Assembly (NCBI GenBank): GCA_963575745.1
Contig: CAUYUJ010000217.1
Span: 1 to 64,000, forward strand
DNA length: 64,000 nucleotides
Direction of reading: 5' to 3'
DNA from: Prorocentrum cordatum
Lineage: Eukaryota
A model generated the notes under the pieces. That model did not search any database, was not told where the DNA came from, and saw nothing but the letters and a program-made list of their open reading frames with translations. The translations under genes and the position numbers were made by a program. This document shows, piece by piece, positions 24,101 through 37,059 of this stretch; the stretch's first letter is position 1, and every line of letters begins with the position of its first letter.

Positions 24101-25846
24101 AGCGACAAGGATCGACTGCGGAGAGAAGGCCCCCCACCGATGGAGTGCATGTTCAAGGCGGAGGGGGGAGGAGAGAAGTTGAGGCCGCGCCTGCTCGAAC
24201 ACCTTCGGCGCCGAGGGTTCGGCAGATGGGTGTCGGCGACCACCAGCACCAAGGGGTCTTACCGGACACCGTGCGTGCTCGCGTACCTGGACCGCCACCT
24301 CCCTCATCTGCCAGAGCCTCCGCAGCAGCGGGAGTGGAGAATTATGATGGCGGATGATCATGGCCCTCACTTGTCCCCGCTTGTGAGTAAGCTATGTTGG
24401 TCTCGAGGGTACGTGTTCATCCCGCACGGGGGCGGCGTAGCCCCAATCCTCCAAACTGTGGACACACATCTGAATCAACACGCCAAGCGCGAGCACATGA
24501 AGAGAGAAGGAGCCGCGCTGCTGAGAGCCATGAGGCTGGGCCAGTGCGTCCCACAGCTGGACAAGTCAGAATGCATTGACTTGATGGTGGAAGTGATGTC
24601 CCAAATGAGTCTTCACTTGGCTGCGGCAGACGGGTACTGGGAAACTGGTTTCAAGGCAAATCTGTGGGATGCGGACTTGGACGCGCGCATATGCAAGGAG
24701 GCAGGCCATTTCTGGAGAAAGTTGGGGATGCGTGAGAAGGTCGCCGCCGCAGTAGCGGAGGTCGAAGAAGAGGTACAGGCGGGGCGCTTGAGATGGACTT
24801 ACAAAGACATCATGCGATTGGTCCTCCCGCACCCTCGACGCGGCCACTGCGACGACGTGTTCGCAAACCTTGGAGACGACACGGCTCTGGACGAGGGCGA
24901 CAAGATTTGGCATGGCATGGAGGGGGCGGAAGACGCAGCCGAGGGTCTCCGCAGCAGCGGGGGCACTGAGGGTGGCAATTCCGTCGACGCCCTCGAAGGA
25001 GATGAAGATGATGGGAGCGAGGGCGACGACGGGTGGAGCGCCGCTGGCGAGTTTGACTACGAATGGGCCAATCAAAGTCTCACCGCAGCAGCGGCGGGGG
25101 AGAGCGCGCTGGAGGCACCGCCTGGCCTGTCGACGTCTCGTATGGAAACTGCGGAGCAGACGTCTGAATTGATGAGAACGCATTCGTCGATCGCTGAGGA
25201 GTTGCGCAGCTGGGGCGACATCGCGGGGGCCACGTTCATGGAGACGCAATTACGGAAAGAACGGAGGCGAGTGCGTGAAGTGTCGAAGGAAGATCCTGGG
25301 GTTCAGCGAGCCCTCGCAGCATACGAGGACGCCCGCGAGGCGACGCTCAGAAACGAGAAACGACAGCGGGATGTCGAGGCGCGGCGCAGAGAAGAGCTAA
25401 CCCGCCTGGGGGACGACGTAAAGAAAGCGCGCAAGCTGCTGAGGACACAGCAAGCCAAACTCTTAGACGCAGAGGCAGCCATAGATATCAAACACAGGAT
25501 GAAGCATGTCGGGTTATCCGAGCTGGGCGCGGGCCTTCGCAGCTGCGGAGGCGCGGCGGGTCGAACGTCGAGGTGCGACGCGCTGAATCGCCTTGCGATT
25601 TTGGGTTCTGGGCTTTCTGCAGCTCAGCGGTCAGATTTTGACTGGTTTCGGCGGGAATGGGGCGCCGCTGGCACGGAGGACTTCGGTGGAAAGTGGCCGG
25701 AGACGTTTGCCACATGGTTGCAGAACGTCATAGACGAGTACTTGGGGGGCAACCCGAGAGCATTCAGCATGTTTGTGCACAGTGAGACGCGACGCCGTCT
25801 GTCTGGTTCCCTGGCGCTTGCGCTCCCTGCAGCTGGGGGCCTCTGA
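21173..25846 (+). pseudogene. OTU-like protease fused to a pogo-family DD35D transposase (~1500 codons; exons 21173-22633 and 22808-25846; one in-frame TGA at 23183)
   Basis: Triad NFDQ (D at 23966), MADDHGPH (D at 24353) and FIPHGGGVAPILQTVD (D at 24461), with 35 residues between D2 and D3. OTU-like VADGDCGLDC (Cys at 22562). ORFs 20351, 22718 and 23219 share one frame. Confidence 0.8.
22634..22807 (+). other. Predicted GA-AG intron (174 nt)
   Basis: Pyrimidine-rich, contains an in-frame stop, flanked by direct repeat CCGCCAGGACA. Removal gives RRELRQ|DIADYI, the helix expected after an OTU Cys motif. Confidence 0.7.
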
Positions 25847-26129
25847 GAGGCGCGGCCCGCCGCAGCAGCGGCGAGGCGCGGGGTGTGAGTTCGGGCAGCA
25901 GCCACTGCTCTTCCACCTGCCTGCGACTGAGGCGCCGCGTGCGCGCGCGGACGTAGCGCAGGCCTTGCGCAGAAGAAACAGGGAGGAGGGGGGACGGGGG
26001 AGGAGGTGAGAGGAGGGGGAGAGCAGGCAGGGGGAGAAAACCACGCGGGTGTCGATCACTCCGCCCCTCCTCCTGCTCTCCCCCCTCCTTCTCCCTGATC
26101 TCTCCTGGTCATTATATCATTCCTCTCTC

Positions 26130-26423
<294 letters not shown>

Positions 26424-26550
26424 CGCCCTTTCCTTCCCTATCCGCCCCGTCTTCCTCCTCTTCGCCCCGCCCCCCTCCTTCCACCGCCGTTTCGGCCCCA
26501 GGAGTTCGGCTCTGACGGCCGCCCCCCCTGCAACGCGGGGGCAGGGAGCG

Positions 26551-29160
26551 ATGGCCGCGGCCACCAGCAGCAGCAGCAGCCCATTGGGCCCCGCAGCAGC
26601 GGGGCCTCGGGGCCGACTGACGGCAGTGTTCACAGCGAAATCTGGGAAGGTTTGGCGACCTGTAGGTGGTCAGGCAGAACCCTGGAAGGGTCCTTGGGCC
26701 CTTGTGCCAGAGGGCACCCCCGCAGCAGCGGGGGCTGCGCCGCCTGGCGTTTCAAGCTCAGCAGCGGCGGCGCGATCAGAAGTTTCTACGATACGCACCC
26801 GCCCAGGCGACTCCGTGGTGGATCCGAGCGATGACGAAGAGCCTCAGGAATTTAGGGGCTGCAGGCCGCCCAACGACGTCGAGCGGCGCGAATGCCGTCT
26901 TCGCGACACCGCCCCGCCAAAGTTCTTCTGCGAAAGAAGAGCGGCTGACGTGAACAGGCCACGGAACGACAACGTGGGCAACCTTTCCGTCCTGTTCGGG
27001 AACTGGGGCCCCATGCCGAGCGAGACCAACCACGCGGACCAGCGGCGGAGACTTGAGTTGCAGCTGCGGCATTGCCCTGCTCTCGTGGCGTGCTTTGCGG
27101 AATGTGAGGAGCAGATGGAGTCAATCCTACAGCGGCCAGGGAGACCACCGCCGCTGCAGGCGGACGCCCCCGCAGCAGCGGGGGCGTCAGCAGCGGAGGG
27201 CCAAAGCAGCAGCAGCGGTGGGCCTTTTGTCGCCCCCGCAGCAGCGATGGCGACAGCAAGAGGAAGTCGTGCTGCGAGTGTTGGCGATTGCCAACAGCTC
27301 CAGAATCGACCAGAGTACGAATACTTGACCCTGCGCGGGCGTGAGGACAAGTCCTTGTGCATCGCTGCGCGCGCAAATCTGTGTTACGAAATGCGGCTGC
27401 TCCACTGGGAAAGGAGTGTCGACGGCCACTACAGAACAGCAAAGGGCGCAAGATGGAAGCGTTCTCGAGGATCATGGTGGTTGAGATCTACTTCGATCAA
27501 ACCTACGCCCACTTCGGCTCGAAAGTGCGGGCGCGCGCGGTGCACCTCCACCGCGACACGGCGAAACATTCCAGAGGCTTCAACGAGGCTCACAAGACGT
27601 GGTGGCCGAGGTTGGCGACCATCTTGCAGGACAACAGCGTTGACATCCTTTGTGGGGATTTCAACGTGGCGCTCACACAGACGCTGCCGAGTCTTCGGGG
27701 TCTAGGCATGCGATTGGAGACGGCAGCAGCGTACTTCTGGCGCGGATTGGACGGCACTCCGTGCTTGGACAGCTGCGGCATCTTCGTTCTCAACAGGCCT
27801 GGCGAGTACACCCTGTGCTGGCCGCTGAGCGCCGTGCGCGACAGAGACGAGACGGGGTTGCTCTTCGCACGCAAGTCGGTGATCGGTGAGATCGGGTACC
27901 GTAACAGAAGCAAGGCAGAGGCCCCCGCAGCAGCGGGGGCCTCCACCAGCCCATCATCGCAGCCGGCGCACTGGCACCACAGCCAGAACGGAGGCCCTGG
28001 GATGCCTTACTCTTGCTACTACCCGAAAAAAGACGCCCGCGAGCACCTCCAGGATTTACTGACTCAGTCAGAGGAATGCCAACGCAAGATCCAAGAGAAG
28101 GAGGGTGAGAAACTGAGGCGCGCCGAGGCTGAGGCTAGAGGGGACCACCGCTTCTCTAGTAATCGCGAGGTGACCCTCTTCCGCGCGTTGCAGAAGACGT
28201 TCCCGCCAGAGACCGTGGAGGTGGAGGGGCGCTGGCACGGCGGCGCCCACTACCCTCTCCTGTTCCAAATGCGCATGGCCAGCGTGCGTTCGCAGGGGAG
28301 GAAGCAGGAGAGAGCCAAAGAGAAGAAGGACAGGCGCGCCCAGAAACAGCTGGCAGCTGCGCTCAGGGCGCCGCTGCCGCCCGAGCAGCACGGACCCGAG
28401 CGCCAGGCACCAGAGCAGCACAGCGAGAGGGGCGAGCAAGACGAGCGCGCCCAACAGGCGTGGCGCCCACCAAGATGGGCAGACGAAAGCGCGGACGACG
28501 GCCGCGACATGCCCGCGGCTGGCGATGGAAGGTCGCGGCGGGGGGTTGAAAGGGGGAGGGGGGGAGAGGGGCGGTGGAGCACGGGGAGGGCAGGAGGGAG
28601 GAGAGGGAATGAGGAATAGGCTGAGCAGGACGAGGGATGACATAAGGAAATGAGTGTCGGAAAGGGGCGGGAGTTGACAGGGAGGGGATAATTATAGAAA
28701 TAATTATTTATCACCCCCAAGGTGGCAGCCGACCCCGCAGTGCCCATCTCCAGGGCCTGCGCCGCTGGAGCAGCGAGGGCAGCGCGGCGCCGCCAGCTAC
28801 ATCTCGCGCGCGATCGCTGCCCTCGGCCACGAGCCGCCAGAGCCCCCGCAGCAGCGGAGGCCACAGACGCCACGGCAGCAACCAACAGACGGGGAGTGGC
28901 GCAGGGATGAGTGGTGGCGCACCAAGGAGGGCGAGGAGCGCGAGTGGCAACAGCCGAGCGGCGAGGCTTCCTCGCTGCAGGACCGCATGGTCGACTCCGC
29001 CTGGCGCGACATGCAAGTTGCATTCGGCAGCGACCAACGCCCCAGTGACTGGTGGAGCAGCCACAGTGGGTGGAGTAGCGGCCAGGGGCACTGGGAGGTC
29101 GCGACTTGGAGGTGGGTCGAACACCCCCCCGAAACCAATCCCTGGGAAAAACTTAGCTGA
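26551..29160 (+). pseudogene. Cargo gene 6: exonuclease-endonuclease-phosphatase (EEP/APE-like) domain protein; frameshift near 27445; exons 26551-28531 and 28722-29160
   Basis: Ordered EEP motifs LSVLFGNWG, LVACFAE, AVHLH, DILCGDFN, LDSCGIFV and GAHYPL. The second exon is open to TGA at 29158-29160 and is Trp-rich. Confidence 0.7.
28532..28721 (+). other. Predicted GT-AG intron (190 nt)
   Basis: AAG|GT at both junctions; purine-rich then AT-rich interior; phase-2 splice joins to a 146-codon open frame. Confidence 0.65.
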
Positions 29161-29471
29161 ACCATCGCACAGGAGCCGCCCCTCCGCAGCAGCGGAGGGA
29201 AACCTCATCGGCCGAACGTCGACCCTCCGCAGCAGCGGAGGCCTTGCCAATGCATCGTGAGCGGCGGCGACTCGCGCGCGCCGTCGTGCTCGGCGACCGC
29301 TGCCCGAGCGGAGAACGAAAAAGAAACGGTGCTTTCATCGGCGCTGTCGTTGCCTCCTCTCCTTCATCGTTTTCTTCTCCCTCCTCCTCCAATCCCCCAT
29401 CCCGCTATCACATTTTATCGTCTCCAATCGTATCGGGAGCTCCCGTGGCAGAAGAGCACCCATAACGAGGT

Positions 29472-29593
29472 CCTCCGTGACAGAGGGGGGGGCATCTTAG
29501 ACCCCCTCTGTGACAGAGGGGGGCATATTTGACCCACTCTGTGACAGAGGGGGGGCCAAAAAACAAATGATCACTTTAATGCGGCTTCTGGAT
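29472..29593 (-). repeat. Three subterminal sites plus right TIR
   Basis: Site centres at 29479, 29512 and 29543; TIR 29566-29593. Confidence 0.9.
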
Positions 29594-31354
29594 TACCACT
29601 TATGGGAATGAAGCTGACAATCTTGCACATTCACAGATGGCGGGCGGGCCGCTTCCAAGAAGCGACCCAGGATGAAACGCAGGTCCTGGGGAAGACGTCC
29701 AGACCTCTGGGAGTCGACGCCGCGAAAAAAAAAAACGCGACGTCGGGGGTATGGGGCCACCCAGGGGGGAGAGCAGAGGAGCAGGAGCAGGAGGAGGAGG
29801 TGGAGGAGGAGGAGCAGGAGGAGGAGGTGTAGGAGGAGGTGGAGGAGGAGGAGGAGAAGGAGGACGGGTCGCCTAAGCCCTTCGGAGAAACCCTCCACCT
29901 TGGGCAGCTCAGGCACGAGAGTCGCCAGCGAGTCCGCGCGGATGCCTGGTGCTGGCGCAGAGGTCTGGCCCGTGGCCCGTCCTGCCGAGCTCGGGGCCCA
30001 GGCGTCGAGCGGTCCGGGGGGCACGCCGCCCCGGGGCGGCCGGCGGAGGCACTGCCGGGGCGAGCGCTCCCCAGTGCGGGGCGCCTGCGTGGCTCGGGGA
30101 GGGGGCCTCTTCGGAAGGCAGAGGGCGCTCCTGGCCAGGCGGAGGCTCCCCAGAGGGCTCCTCGGAGGGAGGAGGGAGGAGGAGGAGGAGGGAGGAGGAG
30201 GCGGAGGAGGAGGAGGCGGAGGAGGAGGAGGAGGAGGAGGCGGAGGCGGAGGCAGAGGAGGCGGAGAAGAAATAGGAGGAGGAGGAAGAGGAGGAGGAGG
30301 CGGAGGAGGAGGAGGCGGAGGAGGGGGAAAGGGTCAGTATCGATGAACCGATCCCCATCCCCATCCCCATCCCCACCCAGACCCCCACCACAGTGCCACC
30401 CCAATTGGGGATAAACCCCTCGGAACCCGAAGGGAGCGGCCTATTTCCCCATCTAGGGAGATGAATCGGCCAGTGGGGCCCAGGCCACGCCGCTGGGAAT
30501 GGGGGTTGGATAAACGATGCTCAGAAGGGTTGGATCCGGTGGTTCCAAGGCCGACGCGGTGCGGAAGGGGGGCATCACCGAGGCTACAGGCAGCGAAAAG
30601 GTGGCGCTACAGAGCAATGCGCAGGGCCTAGCGTGGACGCGAGAAGAAGCGGAAGCTGAATGCGGGTACTTTCAATGAAACCCCGAACCAGAGAACGAGC
30701 GGCTTAGGAGACGTCTAGGACGCAGGCCGCGAGGAGTGCACGACCGCTTGGGACCTCGATAGTGCGTGTCATTGCGAGGGGGTCAAGACTTATGATGTTC
30801 TGACCTACTTGAGCCTTGACCACCAGAAAGAATTTCGAGCACCAAGAGAGTACCGGAACTGGAGGGTTTTCACGTGCCGGGCCCTGGGAGGCGATGTCGT
30901 CCGACACTGTTTCTGCACTCTTCGGGGCGCTCGACATTGCATCTGGGGTGTGGTCCTGAAGTACGACGGGGGGCAACATGAGTCAAGAGAAGGGCGAGCT
31001 CCGGGGCACGCTGCGATGCGCTGGGCGAGCTCGTGACGGCAGCGGGGCCTGGCGGTGGAGACCCGGCGGCGCGCCGGGGGGGGGGAGTGGTGATGGGCCT
31101 GTTTTCCACCACCACCACCATGAGTTGGAGGGGGGAAGGAGGAGGAGGAGGAGGAGGAGGAGGAGGAGGAGGACCCCCTCCCCCTCCAACTTATGGTGGT
31201 GGTGGTGGGACGCAGGCCCATCGAGTGGGACGGGGCAGGCCTCCTCGGACCGGACGCGGGGGCGGCTCGGAGCCCCTCCGGCCTTCGGGGGCGACGCCCC
31301 CGTCGCCGCAGCAGGCCCAGAGCGCGCGGTCAGCGGGCCGGAGGCCTGCTGACC

Positions 31355-31825
31355 TGCCCCTCTCGGCTCGAGACGGGGGTCAGTGCAGACGGGGGTCAGC
31401 CAGGGCGCCAGATCCTGCAGGATCCTGCGAAGACCCCCTCTGGCTGACCCGGGTAGCGAGCCGCTCGTGGCGCGAGGCGGCCGCGCTTATTGGCCGACCC
31501 GGGTTTGCGAAGATTTGCGTTGCAATTTTTTTCCTGCATTGCAGTTTTTGGTTTCCCGCTGACCCGGGTCTGGATTGACCCGGTTCAGAAGATCCCCGAC
31601 CCTCTCGGCTCGAGACGGGGGTCAATGCAAACGGGGGTCAGCCAGAGCACCCGATCTTGCAGGATCTCTCAGGTCCAGGTTCGCATTGACCCGGGCTTGG
31701 GTGCAGGATCCTGCAGGATCTTGCAGGATCTTTCGCATTGACCCGGGTTTGGGAGCAGGATCTTGCAGGATCCTGCAAGGCCTGATTGACCCGGGTCTGG
31801 ATTGACCCGGGTCAGAAGATCCCCG
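31355..31825. repeat. GACCCGGG / GCAGGATCCTGCAG repeat family
   Basis: Internally repeated; related copy at ~43250-43395. Confidence 0.75.
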
Positions 31826-32715
31826 GCCCTCTTGCCTTCCACCACTGGGTGCGCCGCCGAGAGAATCGACCACGCGCCAGAGGGGGGGGGGGTAGGGGGG
31901 AGGGGGGAAGGCTTCTCAGCAGCACCCCTGCTCCTTAGAAGGAGTCGCTCGCCTCGTCCACAGGTGGTAAGGCCGGCGCCTTCTGAGAAGCAGCTTCCTT
32001 CTACAAGGAGCCGTCCCCCCACCCCCTGGCCCCCTGCGCGCGCCGCCAAGAGAGGCCCTGCTGCCAAGAGAGGCCCTGCTGCCATGGCTCTGTCAGGTCC
32101 ACGGAGGGCAGCCCTCGGCCGGATGGCCCGGCCCCCGGACCAGGAGCGCCCCCAGGGCCCCTCCTGGCGTCGAGCGTCCCCCGTGGCCCCGCCGGCGCCC
32201 TGCCTGTGGAGCGGATGTCCCACCGAACGCTGCCTCCACCCATTCGCCCCCTTTCTCGCAATCCTCAGCTCCTCCCGCTCCTTCTCGTCCTCCTGCTCGT
32301 CCGCCTGCTCCTCCTCGGCCCGATGGCGCTGTCCTCGTGCTCCTCCTCGCCCCCCTCCTCTGCCTCCTCCCCCTCTTCCCCGCCCCCCCCCTCGGTTCTG
32401 CTCCCGTGCCCCCGCACCGTCCTCCCCGCACTCTCGGGCCCATCGCCACCAGCGTACGCGCATCCCCCTGAGCTGTGGCGTCAGACGCGGCGGAGTGAGC
32501 CACGCGTTCCCCTCGCCTCGTGGCTTCCCCGCAGCCTCGGCGAAGTCCTCTGCTAGTCCTCTGCCCCGTTGCTCGCCCGCCGCCCTCTCGTCGCCTTTCG
32601 CCGTCGGGCACTCACTCGCTCTCCTGCGCAGCCGCGGCAGGCAGCTGGACAAGGGCGAGACCAACGCTGCCGCCAGCAAGACGGGCACATTGGAGGACGG
32701 AGGGGTCGTCGTCAC

Positions 32716-32779
<64 letters not shown>

Positions 32780-32964
32780 CCTCGCGTGGGGAGCCGCTGG
32801 AGGGCCGCGGAGCGGCGGCGGGTCAGGGGAGGGGGAGCTCCAGGGACGGACGAAGAGCAGGCAGAAGGGGAGGGACACGGGAGCAGGAGATGAGCAGGAG
32901 GAATAAGAGGAGGAGGAGGACGTGGAGGAGGAGGAGGAGGAGGAGGAATTCCTCCTCCTCAGTA

Positions 32965-33298
32965 GTACCATCACCACCATCACCATCACCATCACCATTA
33001 CCATCACATCCACCATCATCATCACCATCATCATCACCATCATCACCACCACCACCACCATCACCATCATCCTCATCATCACCATCATCATCAGCAGCAT
33101 CATCAGCATCATCATCATCAACATCATCATCATCAGCAGCATCATCATCAGTACCAGTACCAGTACCAGTACCAGTACCAGTACCAGTACCAGTACCAGT
33201 AACAGTACCAGTACCAGCACCAGCACCAGTACCAGTACCAGTACCAGTACCAGTACCAGTACCAGTACCAGCATCATCAGTATCATCATCATTCTCAG

Positions 33299-33329
<31 letters not shown>

Positions 33330-33453
33330 ATCATCATGATCATGATCATCAGCATCATCATCATCGTCATCATCATCATAATCATCATCAGCATCGTCCT
33401 CATCCTCGTCCTCCTAATTATCATCATAATCATCATCATTATATAAGCATCAG

Positions 33454-33505
<52 letters not shown>

Positions 33506-33625
33506 GTCATCGTCATCATCATCAGCATCATCATCATCGTCATCGTCATCGTCATCATCGTCATCGTCATTGTCATCATCATCAGCAGCATCATCATCAG
33601 CATCATGATCATCAGTATCATCATC
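32965..33625. repeat. (CAT)n, (CAC)n and (ACCAGT)n compound microsatellite
   Basis: Direct reading. Confidence 0.95.
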
Positions 33626-33998
33626 GTCTTTTTCCATCCATGTGGGGTGGGGCCCTGCTCGCAGGGGGCCTCCAGGGATGGAGCAAGAGGAGCGGGATGA
33701 GCAGGAGCCGGCGCAGGAGGAGGAGGGACCACGGCAGCCAGACTGGCAGGCCTCGCTTGCCCTCCCCCAGCGTAGCGGTCGGCGTCGGCGCAGCTTGACG
33801 CGGGGGGCTGGCGCTCGCTGCCCACCTGAGCGGGAGGCGATAGCGCGCGGCCCCGCTTCCGTCAAAAGCAATACACAAAACACAGCACCACACACACACA
33901 CACACTTTCTCGGCGCTCCGCGCGGAGTTTTAAATCTGCGCGGGGCGCCCTGCCCCCGGCGCGCTCCGCGCGCCAGGGAGGGGGGTCCAGCGCAGATC

Positions 33999-34173
33999 TG
34001 GACGCCCAAAATGGGTACGGAAAGAATGGGTACAATACTCAACAGCAGTTCCTGTTCATTTTGAGCAGGACTCGACAGAAGGCCGCCTACCCAACAGCGG
34101 CCGCTGTTGGTTTGGGACAAGACTTGTTGTTGGGCACTGTGCCCATTCTTTCCGTACCCATTTCGGGCGTCCA
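33999..34173. mobile_element. MULE-like MITE (175 bp) with 9-bp TSD, nested in another repeat
   Basis: TIR TGGACGCCCAAAATGGGTACGGAAAGAATGGG / CCCATTCTTTCCGTACCCATTTCGGGCGTCCA; TSD GCGCAGATC. The empty site is visible at ~2361-2390. Confidence 0.8.
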
Positions 34174-35227
34174 GCGCAGATCCGAGAAATCCGCGCGGAG
34201 CGCCGGGAAACTGTGCTCTGTGCCATTCTGGCAGACGCGGCGGAGGACGGCCATTCGCCGCGCACGGGCGGAGGCTGAACTCACGGACGGAGGGCCCCAT
34301 GCCGCGGTGCTGAGGCGGCAGCACCGTTCGGGTAGGACGAAAGGGGGGGATTGGGAAAGGGGGGGTTACGAAATTTGCTGCATGCAGCTGGTTTCGGCCT
34401 CAGCGAGGGGCCCATTCCACGATGCATAGCCGCCTCCGGCGCCGGCATTCCACGATACATAGCCGCCTCCGGCGCCAGGAGGCGCCAGGAAAATCAGCTA
34501 CGTGAGCTGATTCTCCCCCCCCCTTTGCTATCTCCCCCGTTCGCCCGACCCGAACCGTTCAGGGGAGGACCGGGCACCCCGACCACCATGACCAGGATGG
34601 GCGTTGGCAAGCGGCCTTGGGCGTTCACTGAACAGCCCTGCCCTGTCCGAGTCCTTCCTGGGTTCCTTTTCGCCGCGACGCAGCGGTGGCGCAACTGCCA
34701 AGCGAAATCTGCAGAAGCGTCGCAGCGGCACTTCGCTCCGTCGAGCGCGGCCCCGCTTCCGACGACTGGGCGAAAGCGAAAACTATGGCCGCTCCCAGTC
34801 GGGAGCGCCACTTTCACACTTTCAGGCGAGATCTGCGCGGCGCCTGGGCGAGAGCGACATTTCGCTCGTTCGCGCGCGGCCCCGTGTCCGACGAATTGGT
34901 AAGCGACAAATCTGCGCCGCTCCTGAGCGGACGCTTAACTCAGAAAAGATTTGCGCGGCGTTGGAGCGAGAGTGACATTTCGTTCTCTCGTGCACGATGT
35001 GCGCTGCGTCCTACTCCTGCCATGCATTCTGCAAGATCGGCGACATACTGTCCGCGCCGAGATGGATCATGTCGGCATCGTATTGTGCCCGATTGGCAGG
35101 GTGCAAGGTCCCGATACGGGTTGTTACCACGACGACAACGAGAGGAGTGCGACCGTTCCTCAACCAGTACTTGCACTAGGGGCTCCTCGGTGTCCGAAAA
35201 GCAATTGGCTGACGTTTCCTGGTTTCT

Positions 35228-35660
35228 GGCCCGTGACCTCCTCTTGTCTGGACGACCGACATGGGTACGGAAAGGATGGGTACGAAGACTAGCAGCAGTT
35301 CTTGTCCATCTTGAACAGGCTTCGTTGTCGGCGTCGCCGCGGACGTTGTCCACGTGAGACAGACAGACGCCCACCCTACAGCGGCCGCTGTTGGTTTTGG
35401 ACGACATTTGCTGTTGGTCGGCGGCGAGCCCAGGGGGGAAGTGAGAAGGGGCGGGCCTTCTCAGAAGGCTCGGAAGTTCCCCAGCCTCCTGAGAAGTTGT
35501 CTAAGCATTCCCCGAAGACAGAAAACTTCTCGGAAGGCACAAGGGCTTCTGAGAAGTCCCGCCGCCTTCTGAGAAGACCTTCTCGGTCTCACTTCCCCCC
35601 CTCGCTCGGCGCCGAGGTGGTCATTGTCCCCCTTTTTCCCGTACCCGTTCCGGGCGTCCA
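35228..35660. mobile_element. Relative of the 33999 MITE, carrying a nested CTTCTCAGAAG MITE (~35417-35614)
   Basis: TGGACG...ATGGGTACGGAAAG left end and CCGTACCCGTTCCGGGCGTCCA right end; inverted match to 1425-1815. Confidence 0.7.
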
Positions 35661-35908
35661 AATCGTGGCCGCCTCCTTCGTTGGCTGGCGCCTCGAGGGT
35701 CTTCGGCCCGTGGCCGCCCACATGGCCGCCTCTCTCGTGCGTGGGTTGGCGTTCTGCTGGGCTTGTCGGCCAGTGGCCGCCAGCCGCCCTGTTTGTCCGC
35801 CTCGTGGCCACCTCGGGTTCGGTGGCAACTCTTGGGAGCCTGGTGTGCGGTAGGTTCGCGTCGTGTCGACCAGCGGCGACCCCGCCGTCGGCGTTCAACG
35901 TTGAACGC

Positions 35909-36053
35909 CAGGGCTCGAGCTAAACGGTGTTGTGTGCAATTTCGTGGACCGTTTTCGTTTTGACTTCGTTTTGCAGCAAATGTGGAACGAAGACAGAACT
36001 AGGGATGACGAAAACAAAACGAAAACGGAAAACACTCTTTAACTCGAGCCCTG
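35909..36053. mobile_element. hAT-like MITE (145 bp)
   Basis: TIR CAGGGCTCGAG / CTCGAGCCCTG; 8-bp TSD TTGAACGC. Confidence 0.85.
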
Positions 36054-37059
36054 TTGAACGCTACCGGCGACACAGAATCGGTCGATGTTGAAGGGTCGGA
36101 CGTTCCGGAAACGGCCGATCGTTCAAGGTTGAAAGATCCCCGCGGTGTCAGGAACCGACGCCGAAGTCGGCACGGCACGAACTTGCCGGACCCTCTTCAT
36201 TCCATCTTTACCGTCGACTAGCGTCGATTAGCGTCTGGGAGTCGATGGGATAGCGCCGATTTAGCGTCGGCTAGGCGTCGACCAGCGTCGATTCGCAAGA
36301 GCCGACAAGATGGCATTGGAGGCTTCCGTGAGTTGCCACCGAACTCGTGCTGCACCACATAGAGTTCACCGCAGAGATTGCACAGCACAAATTCTACCAC
36401 ATTCAGCCTGCACCACCAAGACTCGAGAGGCTTGCGCCATTCCGACGACCCCGAGAAGAGGATGTGTGCGGCCTCCCGTGCCGTATGCGTTTTTCGCCGC
36501 TTCCCGCCGTGCTGCCAGCGCGCACTTTCTGCTGATTCGGCCTCCTTCTCCTCCGCGTCTGTTCGTGGGGCCTCGTTACGGCCTCGTTGAAGGTCCAGGG
36601 CCTCGTGGGGCGGCCTCCTGGAGCCTCGTCATGGCTCCTGGGGGGCTTTGGGGGCCCCCTATTGGGGGCTTCTTGGGGGAGGCTTCCTGGGGCTCCTGCA
36701 AGTTCTCCCTCTGCGCATCTCGTGGGCACCTCTTGAGACCCTCGTGAAGGCATGCTGGCTGACCTTGGGGCATCTTGCGGCGTCTTGGACGGGTCTTATG
36801 GGCCTGTGGGGCCGTCGTGGAATTTCAGATGCCCCGCACGGCGGCAACGCGAACATGCTTCAACACAACGCGGTCTTGTCTTCACCGTATGCAGTTGCGA
36901 GTCCCGCAAGACAGGTCAAACGAAGGAGGGGGCGAGCAAGTTACGAAGAGCGTCGGAAGCGGCCCTCTCCTCGCAGGCAGCGCGCCGCAGGAGGGATGGG
37001 GCACGGGGCAGCCTGGATAAATGGCGATGGACGGATCACGAGGCCGCTGTAGGGCGAGT

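Noticed and set aside
26551..28619. LINE retrotransposon ORF2
   Set aside because: No reverse-transcriptase motifs or tail; the gene is embedded in and tagged like the DNA element.
30410..31035. Possible retroelement or ribozyme fragment
   Set aside because: Higher-complexity sequence, but no motif or fold I can support.
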